The notes beneath the pieces are model-generated. The model was not told the origin of the DNA and searched no databases. It saw only the letters and a program-made list of their open reading frames with translations. DNA of 64,000 bases from Mobula hypostoma (Eukaryota). The stretch lies in contig NC_086097.1 in the NCBI RefSeq assembly GCF_963921235.1, positions 241,864,001 through 241,928,000 of the forward strand. The letters are read 5' to 3'. Numbering within the stretch: the stretch's first letter is position 1; every line of letters starts with the position of its first letter. Position numbers and translations under genes: made by a program. Shown piece after piece: positions 35,501 through 47,820 of the stretch.

Positions 35501-36502
35501 GGTCACCATATACAATCCTAAGATTAATTTTCTTGTGAATAGAACAGTAACCATAACAGAATCAATGAAAGACTGCCTAACCAGGGTGCAGAAGGCAACA
35601 AACCGTGCAAATACATAAAGAAAGAAATAATAATAATAAATAAATAAACAAGAAACATCAAGAACGTGAGATGACGAGTCCTTGAAAGTGAGTCCGTGAG
35701 TTATGGGGGCATTTCAATATAGTTTCCAGTTCGTAAAAAAAAAATCCTCTCCTCCATCCTTAAAACTTGTCTCCTCATCTAGAATTTATTCCTTTCCAAA
35801 GGCATCAGTAATGCTATCTCTAAAACTAAATTCATCTTCCTACAACTCCATTTTGAACATCTGTAATCAAGAGTCCAAAACTGCCACTGCACAGAAATCC
35901 TTCCTGCCAGTAACAATAAGCAGGCATTTAAAGTATACACGAAATTCATATGCCAGAATCATTCCATTTATTGTTCTGTAAGAGCAAATATGGTCAACAT
36001 TAGCTCAATATTTATTGCACTATTTATTTTGTAATTTATAGCAATTTTATGTATTTGCATCATATTGCTGCCACAAAACAACAAATTTCACATCAAATAA
36101 GAGTGATGATTAACCTGGTTCTGATTCTTCCTCGTCTACAACTGGCGTTTATACTATCAAAGTATCTGTGAATATACAAAGCCAGTATGTTTAAAAATAG
36201 CTGCAGAATTTTTCTTAACCATTTCGGGACACAAGGCACCAGGTAAACACAATATAACATAGCAGAAGAACTTCATGCTTCATTACACAAAATGAACATT
36301 CCAGACAAGAATCAATTGGACCAAAGAAATATACTACAATACCATCCTATAAATCCAAACAAAGTATATCCCTTATTTGAAGGCCACACGGTTAACACTA
36401 TGGTTAAGACGCCAGCAATGAGGACAATGAGGCCAGAATTTTTGATCAATTATTATTCTCAGAAAGTGATGATAGGTCACAATGTTTATTCCTCACAGTC
36501 CT

Positions 36503-37170
36503 GAGACATAGGAGCAGAATTAGGCCACTTGACCCATCCACTCTGCTCCGCCATTCTATCAAGGCTGATTTATTACCCCTCTCAGCCTCATTTCCCTATC
36601 TTGTACCTGTAACCTTTGATGCCCTAAGTAAGAACTATCAACTTTTGCTTTAAATATACTCAAGGAATTGGCCTCCACAGATTCACCACCCTCTGAATAA
36701 AGAAATTCCTTCTCAACTCTGTTCTAAATTGACTTCCATCTAGCCTGAGCCCCTCTGGTCTTACGCTCTCCTACTAAAGGAAATATCCTCTCCACTATCC
36801 ATTCTGTCAGCAAGTATAGGCCCAGAGCCATCAAATGATCTTCACAAGTTAACCCTTTCATTCTTGGTATCTTTCTTGTGAACCTCCTCAGGTCCTCTGG
36901 ACCCTTTCCAATGCCAGCACTTCTTTTCTTACATAAGGGGCCCAAAACTGATCACAATACTCCAAGTGCAGTACTCCTCTCAAAATGAATACTAATATTG
37001 CCTTTGCCTTCCCTACCCCAAGTCCTTTTGCACCCCTGATTTTTGAATTTTCTCCGTTTAGAAGATAATCTACGACTTCATTCTTTCGACTAAAGCACTT
37101 GACCTCACACTTCCCCATGCTACATCACATCTGCTACTTCTTGCCCATTCTCCCAATCTGTCCAAGTCCT
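36503..37170 (-). mobile_element. CR1 LINE 3' fragment
   Basis: HLEYCDQFWAPYVRKEVLALERVQR ORF. Confidence 0.85.
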
Positions 37171-37510
37171 GCAGTTCCAAGACAAGACTGCAAATTAGAG
37201 GGAAACTGGGAATATGCATCCATTACCTGCTATTCTTGCCCTTCATGGAGATGGGAGGTTAGGCTTGAAACATACCAATGGATTAGCCTAGGCTATTGAC
37301 TGCAACCTAGAATGTTTATTTCTTAGAAGATTGAGAGAGGCTTAGATAGAGGTATACAAAATTATGGGGGGTGTAGATGGGGTAAGTACAAGCAGACTTT
37401 TTCCACAGAAGTTGGGTGGGACCACAACTAAAGGTCATGGGTTAAGGGTGAAAGGTGAAAAGTTTAAGGGGAACACGAGGGGAAAAGGAGGTCACAAGAG
37501 TGTGGAATAA

Positions 37511-38365
37511 AAATCAAAATCAGAATCAGGTTTATTATCACCAGCATGTGACGTGAAATTTGTTAACTAAGTAGGAGCAGGTCAATGTAATACATAATCA
37601 GGCAGAGAAGAAAAATAATAAATAAAATAAAAAAAGTAAACAAGTAAATCAATTAAGTATATTGAATAGATTTTAAAACACATTCAAAAACAGAAATACT
37701 GTATATTAAAAATTACAATGTATATTGAATAGATTTTAAAAATGTGCAAAACCAGAAATACTGTATATTAAAAAAAGTGAGGTAGTGTCCAAAGATATAA
37801 TGTCCATTTAGGAATCGGATGGCAGAGGGGAAGAAGCTGTTCCTGAATCGCTGAGTGTGTGCCTTCAGGATTCTGTACCTCCTACCTGATGGTAACAGTG
37901 AGAAAAGGGCATGCCCTGGATGCTGGAGGTCCTTAATAATGGACGCTGCCTTTCTGAAACACCACTCCCTGGAGATGTCCTGGGTACTTTGTAGCCTGGT
38001 ACCCAAGATGGAGCTGACTAGATTTACAACCTTCTGCAGCTTCTTTCGGTCCTGTGCAGTCGTCCCTCCATACCAGACAATGATGTAGCCTGTCAGAATG
38101 CTCTCCATAATACAACTATAGGGGTTTTTGAGTGTATTTGTTGACGTGCCAAATCCTAATAAAGTATAGCCGCTGTCTTGCCTTCTTTATAGCTACTTCG
38201 ATACATTGGAAACAGGTTAGATCCTCAGAGATCTTGACACCCAGACACTTGAAACTACTCACTCTCTCCACTTCTGATCCCTCTATGAGGATTCATACGT
38301 GTTCCTTTGTCTTATCCTTCCTGAAGTCCACAGTCAGCTCTTTCATCTTACTGACGTTGAGTGCA
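37511..38365 (-). mobile_element. Rex1 LINE 3' portion nested in a plus-strand CR1 3' end (about 37320-37510 and 38366-38545)
   Basis: 131-aa ORF ESILTGYIIVWYGG..KAASIIKDLQHPGHALFSLLPSGRRYRILKAHTQRFRNSFFPSAIRFLN; internal tandem duplication at about 37657-37775. Confidence 0.9.
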
Positions 38366-39114
38366 AACACATGTGGTGAATGTGAACAAGATTTCAACTT
38401 TTAAACGAAATTTGGATAGGTACATGAATGGTAGAGTTATGGAGGGCAATGTTCCCAGTGCAGGTCAATGGGAGTAGGCAGTTTAAGTGCTTTCAGCATG
38501 GACTAGATGAGCCAAAGGGCCTGTTTCTGTGCTGTACCTATGACTGTAGGTTTTTACATAATTAACATGAAATTATCCTTGAGATGGACAGTGTCATTAC
38601 TGCTGGGAACTTCGCTGTGAGTTATGATGATATTCTAGTGTAGTTATGGAGCGGCGCTCAGAAACAAGCAGAATTTTTTTTATCCCAATTACACTCCTGA
38701 TTAATATCTCACAGAGAGTGGAAAGGTATTAGCATGTCTAAAGGTAAGCAACTTATCATATGATACCTACTCCCTGGCCCACTCTTGCGGCCAAAATAAA
38801 CGTGTGGAAGTTGGATCAGCTGCATTTTTCACCAATGACATCAATCCCTTAATCCTTTATTTCCACCTCTCCTGTATTAACTGTGGGGAATGAGCTATGG
38901 TGATGTCAAAAAGTGTTTACATTTTTCTCGGGAGTGCTTCTTACATGATGCAAAATGCCAGAGGTGCTGCTGCAACTAAGTTTTTCAATACACCTGCACA
39001 TACATTCACTGTACATATGACAACCAACTTGACTTTGACTTTGTCAAGGCTGGGTTGTTAAAATTCTCTCCTACTGGAGATGATCACTTGTGTGGTGTTG
39101 ATGGTTTCTCTCCA

Positions 39115-39708
39115 ATAAGACCATAAGAAACAGAAGCAAAATTAGGCCATTCAGCCTATCGTGTGTGACTCATGGCTGATTTATTATCCCTCTCAACTCC
39201 ATCCTTCTGCCTCCTCCCCGTAACCTTTGATGCTTTTACTAATCATACCCATCAACCTCCACTTTAAATATACCCAGTTATTCAGCCTCTACAGATGTCC
39301 ATGGCAACAAATTCCAGATTCACCACCCTCTGGCTAAAGAAATTCCTCCTCCTCTCTGTTCTCAAGAGATGTCCTTGTATTCTAAGGCTGTGCCCTCTGG
39401 TCCCAGACTATAGGAAACATCCTTTTCACATCCATTCTATATAGACCTTTCAATATTTGATAGGTTTCAATGAGATCTCCATTCCCCCTCATTTTCCTAA
39501 ACTCCAGCAAGTACAGGCCCAGAGCCATCAAATGCTCCTCATACATTAATCTTTTCATTCCTGGAATCATTCTCGTGAACTTTTTCTGGAGCCTTCCAAT
39601 GCCAGGGCATCCTTTCGTAGATAAAGCACCCAAAACTGCTCACAATTCTTCAACTGCAGTCTGAACAATGCCTTATAAAGCCTCAATATTACATCTTTGC
39701 TCTTGTAT
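39115..39708 (-). mobile_element. CR1 LINE 3' fragment
   Basis: [40 protein letters not shown]. Confidence 0.85.
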
Positions 39709-39956
39709 CAAAGGCATGGAAAGCTTCATTTTATGGGGCTAAGAATGGAACAATGCGCAGTCATCAACGTGCGTTCTGCATTTGATATTATGATAGAAAA
39801 AATGTCACTTACGAAACATCTGAAGGTGGAGAGGCATAGGACACTGCCCTGAGAACTTTAAATTCCTGGGTTAGGCACATTACCTAATCCAACAACCATG
39901 ACAATTGTTAAGAGTGTTTCCATTAATTTCTAAAACATTTAAATTCAAGCATACCT

Positions 39957-40160
39957 GTCCTGATGAAGGGCCTCAGTCCAAATCATCCACTGTTTATTCT
40001 TCTCCATGGATGCTGCCTGTCCTGCTGAGTTCCTCCAGCATTTTGTATGTGTTTGCTCTGTATATTTGATTCAAATACCTTAAGTGTGCCACGTTCAAAA
40101 TGCTGGAGAAGCTCAGTGGGTCAGGCAACATTTATGGAGAGGAATAAACAGTTGACACTT
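39957..40160. mobile_element. Two old Penelope pLTR ends, tail to tail
   Basis: gtcCTGATGAagggcctcag.. (plus) and aaaatgctggagaagctcagtgggtcaggcaacat..aaacagttgac (minus). Confidence 0.65.
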
Positions 40161-41499
40161 AACAGTCACACTATTTCAAATTAGATTATGTTATCCTTTG
40201 TACCTGAACAATCCTTAACCAATAATCAATCATAAAAAATAAATTATCTGGTCATGAAAGAATTCCTACTTGTGGGAAGTTGCTCTGCTTAAAGTGGCTG
40301 CCACACATGCTGCATTATAAAGAGACAACACTTCAAAAGAACTCCAAATGACTATCTGATGCTTTAGGTCAACCAGTAGCTTCAAATAATTTTAAATCTC
40401 TTTCTTTCTTTCCTGAAGTTTTAGCTTGAAGTCACAAGCGCGTGGAACCCTGTGATATTTTGTCTAAGTACAAGCTTTGATATAGCAAAAGGTATTCAAG
40501 TTAAGTTCTCCCAATAATGGCAAAACAAAGAAACACACTTTATCAGCAGCAGCAAACTTGAGTCTTTGATAACTAAAAACATTCTCAAATTAATCGTAGC
40601 AATTATGGTTCAACATTTCACAATTCAATGATGATCGACACAAATTACAAAGGGCTCTCCTTCTTCTCACTCTAACCCTACGGAAAAAGACCAAAATTGC
40701 TCAGCTATTAACTTCAAAGTGAAATATTACACGCCTAAAAACTGAACTCTATGAGCTCATACTGGGTAGGAGCAAATAACATTAGAAGATATTGAACTAT
40801 GCCTCCAGTTATCAATTTCTTCATCAAGTTACAAAATTTAAAGAAATCCTTTGAATTTTTCATGGTAGTGTTAATTTACAGCCCATTTCTGATTACATAT
40901 TTTGAGATCACCATTCAAAGTTGCACGTAGGGCCAATTTTACCAACCACAAGTAATCAAGGTATACATTCTAAAGTTAATATACAGAATGTTTAGTTGAA
41001 TTATTTTGGTGTATAATTTCACAAAATTCAATGAGTTTTACATTATAAAGGCAGAAGTCCAGCTTCCTATCATCAGACTAATTCTATTCCAGAAATGCTA
41101 TTAAAAGGAGGGATGCGTTATTCGTCAATGAAAAGAAAACGAGTCCACACCACACGTGACCAATTAACCTAACCCGCAAGTCTTTGGAACATGGGAGGAA
41201 ACCGGAGCACCCGCAGGAAACCACTGTGGTCACAGGGAAGACATACAAAAAACTCTTTAAAGACAGTGGCTGTTATGGTGACTTATAATTTGGCAGGTCG
41301 TGAACAAAGCTGACAAAGAATTGGTAGGCAGGCAATAATAGATCAAAAGTTAGCCATAGGTTGGGTGAAAACATGAGAACAACTGCACATTTGGATAACA
41401 GAAGACGATTGTAAAAGATAAAAGCAAAGTCATTTTAAAAATAACAAGATTTTAAAAACCAGAAATATAGGCAATTATACAAAATTGTTCAGTGAAATA

Positions 41500-42331
41500 C
41501 ATAAGACATAGGAATAGAATTAGGCCATTTGGCCTGTCAAGTCTGCTCTACCCTTCCATCATGGCTCTCAACCTCATTCTCCTACCTTGTCTCCATAACC
41601 TTTGACACTCTTTGAACCTATCAACCACTGCTTTAAATATATCCAATGACTGGTCTTCCACCCTGTCACTGTTTTTTTTTGTTTTACCCATTATAATTAA
41701 GCACTGTTCAATTGAAAACTGCTCAGTGAAAAATCTGATCTTGCCACTTTCAAGTATTAACATAAATTCACAGGTTTAAATTCTTGACCTTCGGAATATT
41801 TTCTGTATATTTTGTTGTGAGGTTTCTGGTTCAATTGTTATGCTTATAATATTTGATTAGCAGAGCTTAAATGCAGAATTTAAACCCTATCTAGGTCTTT
41901 CAATATTTGATAGGTTTCAATGCAATCCACCTCTCATTCTTATAGAACCCAGCAAGTGCAAGCCCAGAGACATCAAATGCTACTCATATGTTAACCTTTT
42001 CAGTCTTAGGATCATTCTTGCAAACCTCTTCTGAACCCTCTCCAATGACAGCACATCCTTTTTTGAATAAGGGGCCCAAAACTGCTCACCATATTGCAAG
42101 TGCAGTCTGAACGATGCCTTACAAAGCCTCAATATTACAAACAAGAAAAAAATCAGAAGATGCCGAAAATCCAAGAAAATTTTTCCACAGACTCTGTTTG
42201 GCCTGCTAAGTTCCTCCAGCACTTTGAATGTGTTGCTCAACATTAGAATCTTGCTTTTATGTTCTAGTTCTCTCAAAATGAATGCTAACACTGCATTTGC
42301 CTTCCTTCTTACCAACTGCAAGTAAACTTTT
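41500..42331 (-). mobile_element. CR1 LINE 3' fragments with a nested mini fold-back PLE (42138-42235)
   Basis: RLHLQYGEQFWAPYSKKDVLSLERVQKRFARMI ORF; TSD CTCAAYATTA around the nested piece. Confidence 0.8.
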
Positions 42332-43937
42332 AGGTACAGTCGACGTTTCGGGCCAAGACCCTTCGTCAGGACTAACTGAAGGAAGAGCTAGTAAGAGATT
42401 TGAAAGTGGGAGGGGGAGGGGGAGATGCAAAATGATAGGAGAAGACAGGAGGGGGAGGGATGGAGCCAAGAGCTGGACAGGTGATTGGCAAAGGGGATAT
42501 GAGAGGATCATGGGACAGGAGGTCCGGGGAGAAAGATGGGGGGCGGGGGGGGGGACCCAGAGGATGGGCAAGGGGTATAGTCAGAAGGACAGAGGGAGAA
42601 AAAGGAGAGAGAGAGAAAGAATGTGTGTATATAATAAATACAGATGGGGTACGAGGGGGAGGTGGGGCATTAGCGGAAGTTAGAGAAGTCGATGTTCATG
42701 CCATCAGGTTGGAGGCTACCCAGACGGAATATAAGGTGTTGTTCCTCCAACCTGAGTGTGGCTTCATCTTTACAGTAGGGGAGGCCGTGGATAGACATAT
42801 CAGAATGGGAATGGGATGTGGAATTAAAATGTGTGGCCACTGGGAGATCCTGCTTTCTCTGGTGGACAGAGCGTAGGTGTTCAGCAAAGCGGTCTCCCAG
42901 TCTGCGCCGGGTCTCGCCAATATATAGAAGGCCACATCGGGAGCACCAGACGCAGTATATCACCCCAGCCGACTCACAGGTGAAGTGTCGCCTCACCTGG
43001 AAGGACTGTCTGGGGCCCTGAATGGTGGTAAGGGAGGAAGTGTAAGGGCATGTGTAGCACTTGTTCCGCTTACAAGGATAAGTGCCAGGAGGGAGATCAG
43101 CGGGAGGGATGGGGGGGGACGAATGGACAAGGGAGTCGCGTAGGGAGCAATCCCTGCAGAAAGCAAAGGGGGGGGGGAGGGAAAGATATGCTTAGCAGTG
43201 GGATCCCGTTGGAGGTGGTGGAAGTTACAGAGAATAGTATGTTGGACCCGGAGGTTGGTGGGGTGGTAGGTGAGGACCAGGGGAACCCCATACCTAGTGG
43301 GGTGACACTCCTACGCTCTGTCTGCCAGAGAAAGCAGGATCTCCCAGTGGCCACACATTTTAATTCCACATCCCATTCCCATTCTGATATGTCTATCCAC
43401 GGCCTCCTCTGCTATAAAGATGAAGCCACACTCAGGTTGGAGGAACAACACCTTATATTCCATCTGGGTAGCCTCCAACCTGATGGCATGAACATTGACT
43501 TCTCTAACTTCCGCTAATTCCCCACCTCCCCCTCATACCCCATCTGTTATTTATTTATATACACACATTCTTTCTCTCTCTCTCTCTCTCCTTTTTCCCC
43601 CTCTGTCCCTATACCCCTTGCCCATTCTCTGTGTTCCCCCCCCCCTTCTTTCTCCCCGGACCTCCTGTCCCATGATCCCCTCATATCCCCTTTGCCAATC
43701 ACCTGTCCAGCTCTTGGCTCCATCCCTCCCCCTCCTGTCTTCTCCTATCATTTTGGATGTCCCCCTCCCCCTCTCAAATCTCTTACTAACTCTTCCTTCA
43801 GTTAGTCCCGACGAAGGGTCTCGGCCTGAAACGTCGACTGTACCTCTTCCTAGAGATACTGCCTGGCCTGCTGCGTTCACCAGCCACTTTGATGTGTGTT
43901 GCTTGAATTTCCAGCATCTGCAGAATTCCTGTTGTTT
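42332..43937. mobile_element. Fold-back Penelope-like (Neptune) insertion: minus arm 42332-43304, plus arm 43305-43937
   Basis: The minus arm encodes PGTYPCKRNKCYTC (Cys-rich linker) plus GIY-YIG FTCESAGVIYCVWCSRCGLLYIGETRRRLGDRFAEH...GMNIDFSNFR*. The plus arm carries the full tail. No TSD seen. Confidence 0.92.
42338..42373 (-). ncRNA. Minimal type I hammerhead ribozyme (intact core)
   Basis: AGUC-CUGACGA-A-GGGUCUUGGCCC-GAAA-C-GUC^GACU. Confidence 0.78.
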
Positions 43938-44394
43938 ACAGGTGTAGCTGCAACTTGAACAAAGAATGCCACTGCTAGAGACCACACAGGGAGTTATCTT
44001 GTATGATGCACCTTCTGATGAATCCAACAATGTTACAAAATGTCAAATGTATTTAATCCTTTTATTAGCAATGAGCAAAACATACAATCTTGAAGCGATA
44101 AAACTTATGAAGCTAAAACTAGCGATATTAAAATTACTTAAGCTGACTTAAGTGAAGTTAAGCGGTCAACAAAAGATATAACACCTGGTAGTCCCCAGCA
44201 CTAAAAACTAACCAGAATAAGCATGAATATGCAACTTATTCCCTTCGCTTTAACTACAACCCCACCCACATGACTAGCTACCACAATAAAGGTGCAACAC
44301 AGAATACAATGCATGTAGAAAACAGTTGCATGGCTCGTACAACAAGCATAAACAGGGTGAATAGCCATAGTCTTTACCCCAAGCCAGTAAAATT

Positions 44395-45280
44395 CCAAGG
44401 CTAGAGGTCAGAGGTTTAATGAGAGAGGGTAAAGCTTTACTAGGGGGATCTGAGGGGCAGGCTTTTCCATACAGAGGATGGTGGATATATGAACTGAGCT
44501 GCCAGTAGTAGATACAAGGGAAAATTACAACTCTGGACCTTTGGGGCAGTTTTGTGGATGGGGAAGGTTAAGAGGAACATGGACCAAATGCAGATGAATG
44601 GGACTAGCTCAAAAAGACACCTTGATCAGCATGGACAGGTTGGGCCAAAGCAGCTGTTTCCATGCTATATAACTCAGCACCCACCTCCCCGTATTCTGTC
44701 TTTAGTTAGCCCATTCTATTGAACAATATTTCAAGTTGTCACTGTTCTATAATGGACATCGACAGCTTTGCATCCTGTTTCTTTTATGATTGCAGATGGT
44801 GGTGTGTTTTTTTTCTATTATTTCCCAGCTGCCCTGAACTTACGAGTACAGAGACCTGGCTGGATTGTTTTCTATTGTTGGCCCCATGTGTACTGCTGCT
44901 TTAATAATGTTCAATTCTTTCTGTGCATCCATGGGCATGACTGGAAGTCACAGGTTATGGGTGAAAGGTGAAATGTTTAAAGGGAACCTGAGGGGGGTCT
45001 TTTTCACTCAAAGGAATGTGAGAGTGTGGAATGAGCTGCCAAATCAAGTAGTGGATAACGATTCATTTTCAACATTTAAGAGAAATTTGGATAGATACAT
45101 GGACGGGAAGGGCATGAAGCACTATGGTTCAGGTGCTGGTCAATGGTTTCAGCGGTTCCCAACCTGGGATCCATGGTCTCCTTACTTGTTTGTATTGGTC
45201 CATGGCATTAAAAAGGTTGGGAACCCCTGGACTAGATGGATCGAAGGGTATGTTTCTGTGCTGTAGTGCTTCATGTCTAT
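44395..45280 (+). mobile_element. Two CR1 3' ends (about 44395-44675 and 44945-45280)
   Basis: FKGNLRGVFFTQRNVRVWNELP motif; gggccaaagcagctgtttcc and gtttctgtgctgta termini. Confidence 0.75.
45150..45229. mobile_element. 80-bp hAT (Charlie-like) MITE
   Basis: TIRs CAGCGGTTCCCAACCT / AGGTTGGGAACCCCTG. Right flank GACTAGAT has the central TA typical of such targets; the left TSD is not preserved. Confidence 0.7.
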
Positions 45281-46259
45281 AATTTAACTGGATTCTAATG
45301 AGGCAGATCACTACTACTCTTCTATGCAAAATGATGCATTTGTGCCATAGGTCCATGAACAATCTGTGAATGGGAACAGTGTTCAGGTCCTGTTCAAACT
45401 TAACCTGCTGCTTTCTGGGGTCCCACATTTACCTCAGGTTTCCGTATGGCCCGTGAATATTGTTGGTTTTATTCCCTCAGACTTTTAACGTACCCTTCAA
45501 TGCCACCAATCAGATCACCTCCCTTTGGGTCCATCTGCTCTCATTTTCACCACTTTCTAATCTCTCGTTTATTCTGAAAAGTTTCTCAAGGCATAGATTT
45601 AAACATTGATTGAGGTCAAAAGGAGGTGAAATATGACTGCGATGACTTTTGAATACCTACCCAATTAGTCCCATACATTCACTTTTCATCAACTATGTAA
45701 ACTGCCAAGTCTCTATCCAACATTCAGACAGTGATTATTGAATCTGCTTCCATTACCCTGACCAACAGTGCATTCCAGGCCACGATTCACTGCATAAAAA
45801 CATTTTTCTTCACATCACCTTTGGTTGTTTTCCCAAATACCTTAATTCTCCAATTACCAACCATTCTGCCCCACAAACTGTTTTTGTAATACATCAAGGG
45901 TCTGAGCACATTACATCTCCCTGCAGCCGTCACGACTTTAAGTAACTCCTGCTTTGCCAGTCTGTGGGGATAATTTCATTCAACTTCACTTGTCCCATCA
46001 CTGAACAATTTCCACAACCTATAGACTCACTTTCCAGGACTTTTCATCTCATGTTCTCGATACTCATTGCTTAATTATTATTTTTTTCTTTAGTATTTGC
46101 AGTTTGTCTTTTGCACAAAAGTTGTTTGTCTGCCCTGTGGAGTACAGTCTTTCATTCATTCAAACAACAGGAATTCTGCAGATGCTGGAAATTCAAGCAA
46201 CATACATCAAAGTTGCTGGTGAACGCAGCAGGCCAGGCAGCATCTATAGGAAGAGGCGC

Positions 46260-46295
46260 AGTCGACGTTTCAGGCCGAGACCCTTCGTCAGGACT
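46260..46295 (-). ncRNA. Minimal type I hammerhead ribozyme (intact core)
   Basis: AGUC-CUGACGA-AGGGUCUCGGCCU-GAAA-C-GUC^GACU on the minus strand. Confidence 0.78.
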
Positions 46296-47784
46296 AACTG
46301 AAGGAAGAGTGAGTAAGGGATTTGAAAGCTGGAGGGGGAGGGGGAGATACAAAATGATAGGAGAAGACAGGAGGGGGAGGGATGGAGCCGAGAGCTGGAC
46401 AGGTGATAGGCAGAAGGGGATATGAGAGGATCATGGGACAGGAGGTCCGGGAAGAAAGACGGGGGGGGGGGGTGACCCAGAGGATGGGCAAGAGGTATAT
46501 TCAGAGGGACAGAGGGAGAAAAAGGAGAGTGAGAGAAAGAATGTGTGCATTAAAAAGAGTAACAGATGGGGTACGAGGGGGAGGTGGGGCCTAGCGGAAG
46601 TTAGAGAAGTCAATGTTCATGCCATCAGGTTGGAGGCTACCCATACGGAATATAAGGTGTTGTTCCTCCAACCTGAGTGTGGCTTCATCTTTACAGTAGA
46701 GGAGGCCGTGGATAGACATGTCAGAATGGGAATGGGATGTGGAATTAAAATGTGTGGCCACTGGGAGATCCTGCTTTCTCTGGCGGACAGAGCGTAGATG
46801 TTCAGCAAAGCGGTCTCCCAGTCTGCGTCGGGTCTCACCAATATATAAAAGGCCACATCTGGAGCACCGGACGCAGTATATCACCCCAGTCGACTCACAG
46901 GTGAAGTGATGCCTCACCTGGAAGGACTGTTTGGGGCCCTGAATGGTGGTAAGGGAGGAAGTGTAAGGGCATGTGTAGCACTTGTTCCGCTTACACGGAT
47001 AAGTGCCAGGAGGGAGATCAGTGGGGAGGGATGGGGGGGACGAATGGACAAGGGAGTTGTGTAGGGAGCGATCCCTGCGGAATGCAGAGAGAGGGGGGGA
47101 GGGAAAGACATGCCCTTACACTTCCTCCCTTACCACCATTCAGGGCCCCAAACAGTCCTTCCAGGTGAGGCATCACTTCACCTGTGAGTCGACTGGGGTG
47201 ATATACTGCGTCCGGTGCTCCAGATGTGGCCTTTTATATATTGGTGAGACCCGACGCAGACTGGGAGACCGCTTTGCTGAACATCTACGCTCTGTCCGCC
47301 AGAGAAAGCAGGATCTCCCAGTGGCCACACATTTTAATTCCACATCCCATTCCCATTCTGACATGTCTATCCACGGCCTCCTCTACTGTAAAGATGAAGC
47401 CACACTCAGGTTGGAGGAACAACACCTTATATTCCTTATGGGTAGCCTCCAACCTGATGGCATGAACATTGACTTCTCTAACTTCTGCTAGGCCCCACCT
47501 CCCCCTCGTACCCCATCTGTTACTCTTTTTAATGCACACATTCTTTCTCTCACTCTCCTTTTTCTCCCTCTGTCCCTCTGAATATACCTCTTGCCCATCC
47601 TCTGGGTCACCCCCCCCCCGTCTTTCTTCCCGGACCTCCTGTCCCATGATCCTCTCGTATCCCCTTCTGCCTATCACCTGTCCAGCTCTCGGCTCCATCC
47701 CTCCCCCTCCTGTCTTCTCCTATCATTTTGCATCTCCCCCTCCCCCTCCAGCTTTCAAATCCCTTACTCACTCTTCCTTCAGTT

Positions 47785-47820
47785 AGTCCTGACGAAGGGT
47801 CTCGGCCTGAAACGTCGACT
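47785..47820 (+). ncRNA. Minimal type I hammerhead ribozyme (intact core)
   Basis: AGUC-CUGACGA-AGGGUCUCGGCCU-GAAA-C-GUC^GACU on the plus strand. Confidence 0.78.

Noticed and set aside
39957..40160. Inverted pair of old pLTR ends as another fold-back unit
   Set aside because: The orientation is tail-to-tail with unrelated spacer, the opposite of the TSD-bounded units, and no TSD was found.
47003..47491. 162-aa ORF as a novel stand-alone GIY-YIG nuclease gene
   Set aside because: The N-terminus is antisense element sequence fused at the inversion junction. There is no promoter or splice evidence, and it is antisense to the host gene.
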